Assembly: GCA_964393095.1 (NCBI GenBank)
Contig: CAYMSL010000002.1
Location: forward strand, 1 to 43,622
From: an uncultured Oscillospiraceae bacterium
Lineage (GTDB): Bacteria; Bacillota; Clostridia; Christensenellales; CAG-138
Direction: 5' to 3'
DNA: 43,622 bases
In this document: one piece after another, positions 7,744 through 16,861 of the stretch
Position numbering within the stretch: the stretch's first letter is position 1
Layout: each line of letters starts with the position of its first letter
Notes under the pieces: generated by a model
Told to the model about the DNA's origin: nothing
What the model saw: the letters and a program-made list of their open reading frames with translations, nothing else
Database searches by the model: none
Translations under genes and position numbers: made by a program

Positions 7744-8673
7744 ATGTTGAAACTGGTTGTCGTATCGGTAAGCGGCGTCGCGGCGTTTTTTTTCTTTTAC
7801 CTGCTGGCGTTGATCAACACACGCAAAAGCCGCGCCATGGAGCAGCGCCTTAAGACGCTCTTTGGCAGCGGGCTCGAGAGCGCACGCGCCCGCCGGATCA
7901 AGAGCGAAAAGGAGCGCGTCCGCCTCCGCTGGCTCGATCAACTGGCGGACGAGCTTTACGTTGCCGGCATCGCGCTGCGCGCCGAGGAATTCATCGCCAT
8001 CTGGTTCATCGTTGGGGCGGCGATTCCGGCGGTGGCGCTGTTTCTCGGCGTTCCGCTGAGCTTTGCCATCGGCATGGCGATCGTTGGCGCCGCCGCGCCG
8101 ATCGGGTTTGTAACGATCAAACGAAACCGCAGGCTTACGCTGCTTGGCAAGCAGCTTTCAGATGCGCTGAACATCATCTGCGGTGCGCTGCGCGCCGGAC
8201 TCTCCTTCCAAACCGCTATGAAGAACGTCGCCGACGAAATGGAAGAGCCGATCTCGCGCGAATTCATGCGCGTCTACCGGGAAACGCAGCTCGGCATGCC
8301 GCTTGAGGCGAGCCTGAACCGGCTTGTGCAGCGCACGCACAATCAGGATTTGGATCTCGTGTGCTCCGCCGTTGTCATTCAGCGCCAAATCGGCGGCAAT
8401 CCCGCGATGATCCTCGAGAACATCTCCGACACGATCAACCAGCGCATTCAGCTGCGCGGCGAGATCAAAACCCTGACGTCCGCGGGTACGCTCAGCGGCT
8501 ATATCGTCGGCGGGCTGCCCGTCTTCATCATCGTGCTTTTGATGTTTATCAATCCCGATTATGTGGACATGTTTTTCACCACCGAAACGGGACGGATCAT
8601 GCTCATCGTCTCCGTTGTGCTGGAAGCGGTCGGTTTTACCATCGTACGCAGAATCGTCAACATCAAGATGTAG
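7744..8673 (+). CDS. tadB: TadB (T2SS-F family inner-membrane platform protein)
   Basis: AAGGAGGTG lies 10 nt upstream. N-terminal TM helix, then a cytoplasmic T2SSF domain (LSDALNIICGALRAGLSFQTAM), then C-terminal TM helices. Confidence 0.8.
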   Translation: MLKLVVVSVSGVAAFFFFYLLALINTRKSRAMEQRLKTLFGSGLESARARRIKSEKERVRLRWLDQLADELYVAGIALRAEEFIAIWFIVGAAIPAVALFLGVPLSFAIGMAIVGAAAPIGFVTIKRNRRLTLLGKQLSDALNIICGALRAGLSFQTAMKNVADEMEEPISREFMRVYRETQLGMPLEASLNRLVQRTHNQDLDLVCSAVVIQRQIGGNPAMILENISDTINQRIQLRGEIKTLTSAGTLSGYIVGGLPVFIIVLLMFINPDYVDMFFTTETGRIMLIVSVVLEAVGFTIVRRIVNIKM

Positions 8674-8685
8674 GGGGGAGTCGCT

Positions 8686-9612
8686 TTGCGGTACGTCGTA
8701 TTGGCCTGCACCATCGCAATATTCCTTGTTTTGATCGCGCTGCTCAGCGGCCTCGGCCGCAGGGGCGACGCGATGCTCCGCCGTTTTGCGCTGGTAAAGG
8801 ACGCCGAACGCTCCTATGGCGACGAGGAGCTGAAAAAGTCCTTTACGGAGCGTGTGTTCCGCCCGACCGTGAGGCGTATCACGGAGCGGGTCAAGCGGCT
8901 CGCCGGCAAGGGCAAAGCGCCGGGCGCGAGCAAGGCCAACCAAAAGCTCGACAGGCAGCTCAAAAGCGCGGGAATCGGCCTAACCGTACAGGAGTATACG
9001 TTCGTCAAGAGCCTGCTTTCACTCGTGTTTCTGCTTGGCGGCGTAGCGCTCTATCTGCTGCTGCCGATCGAGCAGATATACCGCCTGCTCATCGTGCTCG
9101 TGCTGCTTTGCATCCCCGTCTATGGCTCGAATTTCTTTCTGCGGGCGAAGGTCAAGGCGAGGCAGGAGGCCATCGTGCGCGACCTGCCGGATGTAATGGA
9201 CTTGCTTGTTGTAAGCGTGGAAGCCGGGCTAGGACTTGACGCGGCGATCGTGCGCCAGTATGCGAAGAACAAAAGCCCGGTGCTCAGCGAGCTCAACGGC
9301 GCGATCCGCGAGGTGCAGATGGGCGTTTTGCGCAAAAACGCGTTCAAGGAAATGGCCGACCGCTGCGATGTGAAGCAGCTTTCCGCGTTTGTAACGGCCT
9401 TCCTGCAGGCCGATCAGCTCGGCGTCTCGCTCAAGAGCGTGCTAAAGACGCAATCCGAACGCCTGCGCGTGGAGCGCAAGCAGCTTATTCAGGCCAAGGC
9501 GGCCAAGGCGCCGATCAAGATCATGCTGCCGACGGTGTTCTTTATCTTTCCCGTGATATTCATTATTTTGCTCGGCCCCGCCGCCGTCAGCCTGATCGCG
9601 GCGTTTCAATAG
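8686..9612 (+). CDS. tadC: TadC (T2SS-F family inner-membrane platform protein)
   Basis: TTG start 13 nt after the tadB stop. T2SSF-type domain (LPDVMDLLVVSVEAGLGLDAAI) and a terminal TM pair. It is the paralogous partner of tadB. Confidence 0.8.
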   Translation: MRYVVLACTIAIFLVLIALLSGLGRRGDAMLRRFALVKDAERSYGDEELKKSFTERVFRPTVRRITERVKRLAGKGKAPGASKANQKLDRQLKSAGIGLTVQEYTFVKSLLSLVFLLGGVALYLLLPIEQIYRLLIVLVLLCIPVYGSNFFLRAKVKARQEAIVRDLPDVMDLLVVSVEAGLGLDAAIVRQYAKNKSPVLSELNGAIREVQMGVLRKNAFKEMADRCDVKQLSAFVTAFLQADQLGVSLKSVLKTQSERLRVERKQLIQAKAAKAPIKIMLPTVFFIFPVIFIILLGPAAVSLIAAFQ

Positions 9613-9695
9613 CGGTTCATATCGGCGCGACTCCTCCGGTTTTGCCCGGATCAGCCGCCGCCGGCCAGTGACAGCGATTCTATAAGGAGCCTGCG

Positions 9696-10040
9696 ATGAA
9701 GGTGATTCCGATCAAACGAAACGGCGATACGATTGCGCATGTTTGGGATGCAAACAGCTATTTTACGCGCCTGCGCGGCCTGCTTGGGCGCGCGCTTCCC
9801 CGGGGCGGCGGGCTGATTTTGACGCCCTGCAACAGCATTCATACCTTTGGCATGCGGTATGCGATCGACGCGGTCTACCTCGATTGTAACGGCGTCGTGC
9901 TGCGCGTTGACGTCGATCTGCCGCGCGGCAGGGCCTGGCGGCCCCAGCGCGGGGCAAGAAGCGTTCTTGAGCTGGCGGCGGGAGAGGCGGCAGCGTATAA
10001 CATCCGTGCGGGCGATCGATTGGAGGTATGCCATGGTTAG
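9696..10040 (+). CDS. DUF192 (COG1430) domain protein
   Basis: AAGGAG (9684-9689) precedes ATG 9696. The motif block RLRGLLGR....GGLILTPCNSIHTFGMRYAIDAVYLDCNGVVLRV is typical of DUF192. Confidence 0.7.
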   Translation: MKVIPIKRNGDTIAHVWDANSYFTRLRGLLGRALPRGGGLILTPCNSIHTFGMRYAIDAVYLDCNGVVLRVDVDLPRGRAWRPQRGARSVLELAAGEAAAYNIRAGDRLEVCHG

Positions 10041-10920
10041 GGAGCCGGAATGGCGCGAGGAGAGCGTGGACACCCTGCGCAGCCGCATGGACGCGGAAGC
10101 GCGCTTTCATCGCGCGCTCGCGGGTTATGATCCGAATGAGGTGCGATCGTATCTTGAAGAGATCAAGCTTACGTTTGCCAAGCAGGCCAAGGCCGCAAAG
10201 CATGAGCAGGAGACGCTGATCGCCGACCTGAGCGCGGCTAAAACCGAGATCGATTCGCGCAACTGCGCGATCAAAGCCCTGCGGGAAACGATCAGCTCCC
10301 GCGAGGCGGAGCTGGCCGGCGCGAAGGAGCGCATCGCGGCGCTGCTGCAAAAGACAAAGGATTCCAAAGCGGAGTACGACGGCTACGATCGCCTGCGCGC
10401 GGCGATGAACAGCATGCGCGCTTCAAACGAGCGTACGCAGTTGCTTGAACGGGAGGTGCAGCAGCTTCGCGCAGCGCTTTCGCAGGCAAATGCCGTTTTC
10501 GAAGCGTGGAAGACCGAGCGGACGCACCTTAGCAGCGAACATGCGCGTCTCGGCGAAGAAAACGCGCGTTTATGCGAGGAGCTTTCGCAGCTGCGTGCGG
10601 AGATTGCGCAGATGCACGCCGCGCGGGACGCGGCTTGCGTAAGCGCCATGCCGAGCCCGGCGAACGAGTACTTGCCCGCTGAACAACCGGCATACTGGGG
10701 CGCGGCCTTTGAGCCGGCGCAGCCGGAGCCGTCAAGGGACACGGCGCCCCAGCTTGCGGACCGCCTTGCGAATATGCTTGATGAGGCTTCTGCCCTGATG
10801 GCCCAACTGCGGAGTCAGGAACTGCAGCGCGAGCCGGCCCCACAGCGCGCCGCGCAGCCGCGTATGCAGGTGCTTAGGCCCGACAAATCGTTTGGTGATC
10901 ATGGCACGGGAGGCAAGTAG
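10033..10920 (+). CDS. DivIVA-domain coiled-coil protein
   Basis: ATG 10033 after TGGAGG (10021-10026) overlaps the DUF192 stop by 8 nt. The motif FHRALAGYDPNEVRSYLEEI matches the DivIVA N-terminal signature (F....rGYd..eVd.fLd). About 170 aa of heptad-like, Ala/Glu/Arg/Leu-rich coiled coil follow, then a Pro/Gln-rich tail. Confidence 0.7.
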   Translation: MVREPEWREESVDTLRSRMDAEARFHRALAGYDPNEVRSYLEEIKLTFAKQAKAAKHEQETLIADLSAAKTEIDSRNCAIKALRETISSREAELAGAKERIAALLQKTKDSKAEYDGYDRLRAAMNSMRASNERTQLLEREVQQLRAALSQANAVFEAWKTERTHLSSEHARLGEENARLCEELSQLRAEIAQMHAARDAACVSAMPSPANEYLPAEQPAYWGAAFEPAQPEPSRDTAPQLADRLANMLDEASALMAQLRSQELQREPAPQRAAQPRMQVLRPDKSFGDHGTGGK

Positions 10921-10928
10921 CCGATCAG

Positions 10929-10955
10929 AAGCCGCCTAAACAGGGCGGCTTTTTA
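10929..10955 (+). terminator. Intrinsic terminator ending the Tad transcription unit
   Basis: AGCCGCC (10930-10936) pairs with GGCGGCT (10944-10950) across a 7-nt loop. TTTT follows. It lies 9 nt after the stop at 10920. Confidence 0.75.
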
Positions 10956-11226
10956 ATCGGCAGCCTCGCGGGGGTGGGTTCCTGACGCTACGGCGGATAC
11001 GGGACACGGGACAACGATCGCCTGTTCCATCAAAGAGCTGTTTTTTAACGAACCGGCGGGGCATGCTTTTGGGCAGGCCTCGCTTTTTTGCACGAAGTAA
11101 TGGGCGGATACAAGGCGGCAAGAAACGTTGCAGGATACCCGTTTGCGCGAAGGTTGCCGTATGGATGGAAACAATGCAGTAAATACTCGAATGGAAAGTA
11201 TTACGATGGAAATGAAAAAAACCATA

Positions 11227-11235
11227 TGGTATCAT
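11227..11235 (+). promoter_or_regulatory. Candidate extended -10 promoter element (TGgTATCAT) upstream of the EPS operon
   Basis: TGG-TATCAT lies in an AT-rich island (11160-11260). No convincing -35 was found. It would leave a leader of about 230 nt before ATG 11466. Confidence 0.25.
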
Positions 11236-11465
11236 GGACGCGAAAAACTGCAATGGATGGTAGGTGTACCTGCAAAACGGGCGAGGGGGCAGCTGTCGGT
11301 ACGAAATTCGGCCATGGTACGGCGCGGCCTCGGGCGAGACAAACGGTGTGCGTAAGACGGTCGAAAATTGGAATATGCGCGCGGTACGGGCAGAGTAGGG
11401 TTGCTTTCAATGGGGCAGCCGTATCTGACGGATTGGACGTGCAGGATAAAAAGCTGGTGGAGCGG

Positions 11466-14400
11466 ATGGCGCGGGAGGCCAAGCGGATTCTCATGATCAT
11501 GTTCGGCGCCGCTATGGCGCTGATTGCCGCGTGCGCGCCGCCCCAAAAGCGCGAGGCGCAAATCACGGCGTCACCGATTCCGCAGGTTACGGCGGCGCCG
11601 ACGGCGTATGTCTGGGAACCGAACGAATCCGCCCACGCGCTCGACGGTTACGGAATCATCAACGCCGCGTCCTATACCGGCTATCGATACGTTACGCGCG
11701 AGATCGCGGCGCGCCTGATCGCCGATATCACGGGTCTCGGTGCGGAGGCAAAGGCGGGGGAAGCGCATCCGTTCGTCGACGTTACGGGCGGCGCGGAGGC
11801 GCCGATCGCCCTATTGTATCGCCTTGATATCGTCGAGGGGCTGTCAAGCAACCGCTTCGGCGGGGACGAGCTCTGCGATCGCGAGACGTTCCTGCTTTAT
11901 TTATTAAGGGCGCTCGAGGTCGCAGGCGGCGCGCCGGCGACGCTCATGCAGGACGGCGTCGCGGCGGCTGCGGCGGAGCGGGGACTGACGGCGGATGCGG
12001 CGGCCGGTGACGAAATGCTCTCTATCGACCAGGCGTTCGACATCTGCTATAACGCGCTGTTCGTCCATATCGGAGACGGCACCCAGACGCTGCTTACGCA
12101 TTTGTATGCCCGGGGAATTTCCAACACGTCGGGCTGCGACATCGGCGAGGCCTATCGGATCGAGGGTGTCGAGGCGGCGCCGTTCTGGCGGGAAACGTTC
12201 GACGGCAAGACGCTCTTCGACGGCAACGTCGTCAATGCGGACAACAGGATTGATTGGTACGGCAGCAATACCCAAGGCGCGGAGAACCGGATTACCCGGG
12301 AAGGCCGCCTCGAACTTTCGGGTAACGATCAGTATCTTGTGGACAACCAGTGGATCGCGCTGCGAAAGGGGATTTTGCAGGGGCGCGAGAGCTTTGGCAT
12401 GAGTTTTACGCTCAACGTGCAGAACATGGCAAACGAGGGGAACGAGGCGCGCGCCGTGTTCCGCGTGATCCCGCGCACGGCCGACGCGAGGTTTACGAGG
12501 TATTACGCGGTCAATTATTATATGACGCTGCCGCTCGGGCCTTATCAATCGAACCTCGCGCGCTGCAAGTGGTCGATTACAAACACGAACGCGCCGAGCG
12601 GCACAAAACCGCTTGCCGAGGCGTATTTCCTGCTTGAAGAGGGCGTGGATTACGCCGCGCGCCTGCTGATTGAAAACACCGACGACGGCGTGCGCCTTTC
12701 GTTCTACATCGATGGGCCGGATCATGACGGCGCGGCAGGCCCGCTGCTTACATATACGGATAACTCGGAATATCGCATTTTGCAAAACGCCGCCGGCCCC
12801 GCCTTCGGCAGTTCGGGCTACCTTACCGCCGGCTGGGGCTACGCTTCTACGGTGCATGTTGACGACGTTGCGCTCTACGACCCTCTAGAGTTCGCCGCCG
12901 AAACGGCGCAGCTTGCCGCGTACGTAAACACGCCGCTCGTGCTAAACGGCGATGCGGCCGATGCGAGCCAAATGAGATATCTGGTGCGCCGCGGCGTGCT
13001 CCGGCCGTGCGGGCGCAATCTGGACTTTGAGGGCACCGTCGAGGTCGGGCAGCTTCTGGCCTCCGCACGCTATTTTGCCGGCGAGCATCTCTCTGCGGGA
13101 GAAACGCTTGCGGCGTTTACCGGAGCAATGCACCGCACGTTGTTTGGCGGCGCGGCGGAGGCGGATCTTACGCGTGACGTGACGCGTTATGAGGCGGCGC
13201 AGGTTGCCCTGCGCCTTCTGCCCGGCGAGCCGGCGACGGGCGACTACCGCGCTTTGTATGGGGACGCGCTGAACGAAACCTACCGAAGCGCCGTCTATTT
13301 CGCCGTGCAGAACAGCTACCTTCTGCTCGACGAAAACAACCGCTTTCGCGGCGACGAGCCGCTGACGCGCCGGGAGCTGCTGCATTTCTTTGCCTGCGCC
13401 GCGGACGCGCGGCTTCGGACGCTCAACCGCGCGCTGCAACTGCCCGCAATCCTCTCCGACAACGCCGTTTTGCAGGCCGACAAGCCAATTCCCATCAGCG
13501 GCAGGGGCATGAGCGGGGATACCGTGACCGTGACGTTTCACAAGCAGACCAAAAGGGCGAAGGTCGTCGACGGCCGTTGGTCGGTCGAGCTTGAAAGCGA
13601 ACCGTACGGCGGGCCGTACCGCCTCAGCGTCAGGGATTCTGGGCATAAGCTCTCGTTCGGCGGCATCTACGTCGGCGAGGTGATCGTCGTCGCCGGGCAG
13701 TCGAACGCGGAGATGTCCGTCTACGAGTCCGCAAACAACGCCGATACGCTCAGGCGGTTCAACAACCAGACGCGGGTAAGGCTGTTTCGCCCGGAGAGCC
13801 GCATGGCGGTTACGCCTCTAGCGGATACAAAGACGCGCTGGCAGGTCGCGGGGGACCCGTACAGCGAATATATTCTCGGATCGGCAAGCGCCATCGGCGT
13901 ATTCTGCGTGCAGGAACTGTTTGCGCTCAAGCCGGCGCTGAAAAACGTGCGTATCGGCATCATCCAGATCACCTACGGCGGCACGAGCATCGAGATGTTT
14001 CTGCCGTCCTCCGTAACGCAAACGCCGCGTTCCGACGACGAGGTGCTCGTTTCCGGCTTTTGGAACGGCTTCATGGCGGGGCTTACCCCCTACGCCGCGC
14101 GGGCGCTCGTCTACTATCAGGGCGAAAACAGCGCGCATTTGGGCTATCGTTACGAGCCGCTGCTCAACGACTACATCCGCGGCGTGCGCGATGCGTTTTA
14201 TGACGCGGCCTTGCCCGTACTGCTCGTGCAGCTTTCCGGATACGGCGACAACTACGCGCAGGACAACGACCTTTGGCCCGAGATACGCGAGGTGCAGATG
14301 CGTGTGGCGAACACGACGGAAAACGTCGGACTCGTAACCGCGATCGACCTCTCCGATCGAAACCCGCAGGAGATTCACCCTGTGCGTAAGCGGCCCGTCG

Positions 14401-15188
14401 GAAAACGGCTTGCATGCCTTGCGATGAAACTCGCCTATAGCGAGGATATCGGCGGGCTATCCGCACGGCTGACAAACGCGGTACTAAACGGCAAGACCTA
14501 CAGCTTAAGCTTCAGCGCGGCGGCGTTGACGCTCCGTGACGACGCGTACGGCGACGTGGCCTTTGAGGTGCTCGATTCGCAGGGCAGGTGGGTAGCGGCG
14601 CAGGCGCGCGTGGAGCGGGATACGCTATTGGTCTGGAGCGAACATGTGGATTTGCCGCGGGGCGTGCGCTACGCCTGGGCAAACTACCCGAAGGCCTGCC
14701 TCTTTGACGGGGCCGGATTGCCGGTGCTGCCGTTCAACACGACGAAGGACCTCGATACGCCGGTGGACGCGAAGCTGTTTACAACGAACGAACGACAGCT
14801 CAAGAAGGCGTATCACCTGCTCGAAACGGGCGATCTCGTCGTCAACCTTTCAAGGAATAACGCGGCGCGGCGCGTGCGGTTTGTCGACGCCTATGTCGTG
14901 GAATACAGCGACGGCGGCATCGCGGGCCAGTCGAGCGGGGACCGCGTGGCGCTGCTCGAAAAGCGCGGCGAGTGCGCGGGCGGAGGCGGTACCACAAGCG
15001 AGGTCGTCAGCCTTATGGGACACGGCTTAAAGGCGGGCGATTGGCTGCTCAACACAAAGCGGGAGGCGCTCACCGAGGTGATCGAGGTGCTCGATGGCGA
15101 TACGCTGCGGGTGCGTCCCGTTATGGGGCAGGGGGAGGGCGACATCTTTGAGCTTTATGAATGCAGGCGAATCATCACGGCGGAGTAA
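11466..15188 (+). CDS. Giant lipoprotein with SLH-like repeats, a beta-rich central region and a SASA-type (sialate O-acetylesterase-like) carbohydrate esterase domain
   Basis: I place the start at ATG 11466 (GGTGGAG lies 5 nt upstream), not at the track start 11088. This gives MAREAKRILMIMFGAAMALIAAC, a lipoprotein signal with lipobox IAAC. SLH-like segments are HPFVDVTGGAEAPIALLYRLDIVEGLSSNRFGGDELCDRETFLLYLLRAL and YFAVQNSYLLLDENNRFRGDEPLTRRELLHFF. The esterase motif is GEVIVVAGQSNAEMS, with a later GENSA. Confidence 0.7.
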   Translation: MAREAKRILMIMFGAAMALIAACAPPQKREAQITASPIPQVTAAPTAYVWEPNESAHALDGYGIINAASYTGYRYVTREIAARLIADITGLGAEAKAGEAHPFVDVTGGAEAPIALLYRLDIVEGLSSNRFGGDELCDRETFLLYLLRALEVAGGAPATLMQDGVAAAAAERGLTADAAAGDEMLSIDQAFDICYNALFVHIGDGTQTLLTHLYARGISNTSGCDIGEAYRIEGVEAAPFWRETFDGKTLFDGNVVNADNRIDWYGSNTQGAENRITREGRLELSGNDQYLVDNQWIALRKGILQGRESFGMSFTLNVQNMANEGNEARAVFRVIPRTADARFTRYYAVNYYMTLPLGPYQSNLARCKWSITNTNAPSGTKPLAEAYFLLEEGVDYAARLLIENTDDGVRLSFYIDGPDHDGAAGPLLTYTDNSEYRILQNAAGPAFGSSGYLTAGWGYASTVHVDDVALYDPLEFAAETAQLAAYVNTPLVLNGDAADASQMRYLVRRGVLRPCGRNLDFEGTVEVGQLLASARYFAGEHLSAGETLAAFTGAMHRTLFGGAAEADLTRDVTRYEAAQVALRLLPGEPATGDYRALYGDALNETYRSAVYFAVQNSYLLLDENNRFRGDEPLTRRELLHFFACAADARLRTLNRALQLPAILSDNAVLQADKPIPISGRGMSGDTVTVTFHKQTKRAKVVDGRWSVELESEPYGGPYRLSVRDSGHKLSFGGIYVGEVIVVAGQSNAEMSVYESANNADTLRRFNNQTRVRLFRPESRMAVTPLADTKTRWQVAGDPYSEYILGSASAIGVFCVQELFALKPALKNVRIGIIQITYGGTSIEMFLPSSVTQTPRSDDEVLVSGFWNGFMAGLTPYAARALVYYQGENSAHLGYRYEPLLNDYIRGVRDAFYDAALPVLLVQLSGYGDNYAQDNDLWPEIREVQMRVANTTENVGLVTAIDLSDRNPQEIHPVRKRPVGKRLACLAMKLAYSEDIGGLSARLTNAVLNGKTYSLSFSAAALTLRDDAYGDVAFEVLDSQGRWVAAQARVERDTLLVWSEHVDLPRGVRYAWANYPKACLFDGAGLPVLPFNTTKDLDTPVDAKLFTTNERQLKKAYHLLETGDLVVNLSRNNAARRVRFVDAYVVEYSDGGIAGQSSGDRVALLEKRGECAGGGGTTSEVVSLMGHGLKAGDWLLNTKREALTEVIEVLDGDTLRVRPVMGQGEGDIFELYECRRIITAE

Positions 15189-16861
15189 TGGCGATGGATA
15201 GCGGCGGCGGAGGGCCCGGCGGGGCCGCAATCGGGGGGGTAAAGGGCGCAAGGGCGGGTGCGTTTCCGTCGGCGCGCCAATGGACGCAGACGGCCGGCAC
15301 AGCGCCGTCCGGCAAACGGGAGCGCTTGCTCGCGCCGTTTCTCGCGGTGGCGGCGGCGCTTGTGATCCTGACGCTCGTGTTGTTTCTGCCGCCGTATGTC
15401 GGGATGGAGGACAACGGCGACTTCGCCCGCGTGACCTATGCCGAGGGGCTTTACGACCTGCCGGAAAACATAGACACGCGCTTTGACGGTTATTTCATCA
15501 AGGAATACGGCATTATGCGCTACTACAACGAGCACACGGGCACGGTCTTCTCCTCGCAGTTTTTGTTCCTCCGGCCCGCCATACTGCTCGATTGCCTGCT
15601 GACCTGCGACGACGTGTTCGACCTGCGGTTTCTCGCCGCCCTGACGTCGGCCTTCTTTCTTGCCACCCTTTGGTTTCTTGTCGATGCTTTGACCCGGCGC
15701 CTCTCGCGCGGCGCGGCGCTGCTGATTGCGGCCGTGAGCGTCTTTGTCTTTGCGGATACGGGCTATACGGCGTATTTCAACTCCTTCTACGCCGAGGCGC
15801 TGGCGTTTGCGAGCCTGCTTGGCTGCGCCGCCTGCGCCCTGCTCTACGAAGAGGGGCGCTATAACCGCTATGCGCTGCTCGGCGGCTTTTTCCTCTGCGG
15901 CATGCTGCTGACCTTTTCCAAGCAGCAGTACGCGCCGGTCGGCATACTGCTGGGCCTGCTCGGGCTGATCATCTGCCTGCGCGCGAACGGCCGGCTGTTT
16001 CGCTCGCTGGCCGCGGCGGCGGCGGCGGCGCTCGCGGTGGCGGGCGTCGTTACGTATCTGCTCATCTCCACCGAGTTTACGCACATCAACCTCTACCACG
16101 CGATGACGCGCGGCGTGCTGATCACCGCGGAAAGCCCGCCGGCGGCGCTTGCGGAGTTTGACATCGAGCCGCGCTACGAGCTGCTCGACGGCACGATCTA
16201 CTTCGATAAATACCCGGAGATCGATCCGGAAAGCGAGCTGCTGGAGCGGGAGTTTTACGATCGCTACAGCGTGTTTTCCATCGTGCGCTACTACGCCGGG
16301 CACCCGGCCGCCTTTACAGACATGCTCAGGCTCGCGGCGCGCAGCGCCTACCAAAACCGGCCGAGCATGGGCAACTATGAGCGCGGCAGCGGATATGGCC
16401 CGAACGCCGTTTCGCAGGTGTTTTCGCTGCATAGCCTGCTGAAGGCCGATGCGACGCCGCGTACGCTTGGCTATATCGTCATCTGGATGCTGGTGATGCT
16501 CGGCGTTCTCTATAAAAGACGCCTAAAGCAGCTGATCGTGGCGGACCTGATACTGTTGGGGTTATCGCAGATCGTCGTATCGATCATCGGGGCGGGGGAC
16601 GCCGACCTCGCCAAGCACATATTTCTCTATAACGCGGCCTACGACCTCGTCAACGTAATACTCTTTGCGCACGTTGTGCGTTTCTTCGACGGGCGGATAC
16701 AGGCGCGGCGGCTGCGCAGGATGGCGGACGCGATCGCCGAACGACCGGACGCGGCCGCACGTGAGACGCCCGCCGCCCTGGCGGCGGGATGCGGGAGCGC
16801 GCCAGGCATATCCGCAAACCTCGCGGTATGCGTCGATGACGGACGGGGGCGAAGGTGTTGA
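15188..16861 (+). CDS. Polytopic membrane protein, possibly a GT-C-fold glycosyltransferase (family not recognised)
   Basis: ATG 15188 overlaps the upstream TAA (TAATG). There are about 10 predicted hydrophobic helices. The first loop carries an acidic motif (PPYVGMEDNGDFARV). The Gly-rich first ~45 aa make the true start uncertain; an in-frame TTG near 15324 is possible. Confidence 0.55.
   Translation: MAMDSGGGGPGGAAIGGVKGARAGAFPSARQWTQTAGTAPSGKRERLLAPFLAVAAALVILTLVLFLPPYVGMEDNGDFARVTYAEGLYDLPENIDTRFDGYFIKEYGIMRYYNEHTGTVFSSQFLFLRPAILLDCLLTCDDVFDLRFLAALTSAFFLATLWFLVDALTRRLSRGAALLIAAVSVFVFADTGYTAYFNSFYAEALAFASLLGCAACALLYEEGRYNRYALLGGFFLCGMLLTFSKQQYAPVGILLGLLGLIICLRANGRLFRSLAAAAAAALAVAGVVTYLLISTEFTHINLYHAMTRGVLITAESPPAALAEFDIEPRYELLDGTIYFDKYPEIDPESELLEREFYDRYSVFSIVRYYAGHPAAFTDMLRLAARSAYQNRPSMGNYERGSGYGPNAVSQVFSLHSLLKADATPRTLGYIVIWMLVMLGVLYKRRLKQLIVADLILLGLSQIVVSIIGAGDADLAKHIFLYNAAYDLVNVILFAHVVRFFDGRIQARRLRRMADAIAERPDAAARETPAALAAGCGSAPGISANLAVCVDDGRGRRC

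Noticed and set aside
11088-11465. 126-codon N-terminal extension of the giant lipoprotein ORF
   Set aside because: The extension crosses the AT-rich putative promoter region. It would bury the lipoprotein signal peptide 126 residues inside the protein. ATG 11466 has an RBS and gives a canonical signal plus lipobox.
15155-16432. 425-aa minus-strand ORF antisense to the polytopic membrane protein gene (similarly 11904-12857, 12942-13646, 17539-18219, 19676-20287, 22841-23986)
   Set aside because: The translations are Arg-rich with no recognisable domains. They overlap + strand genes that form a tightly coupled operon.
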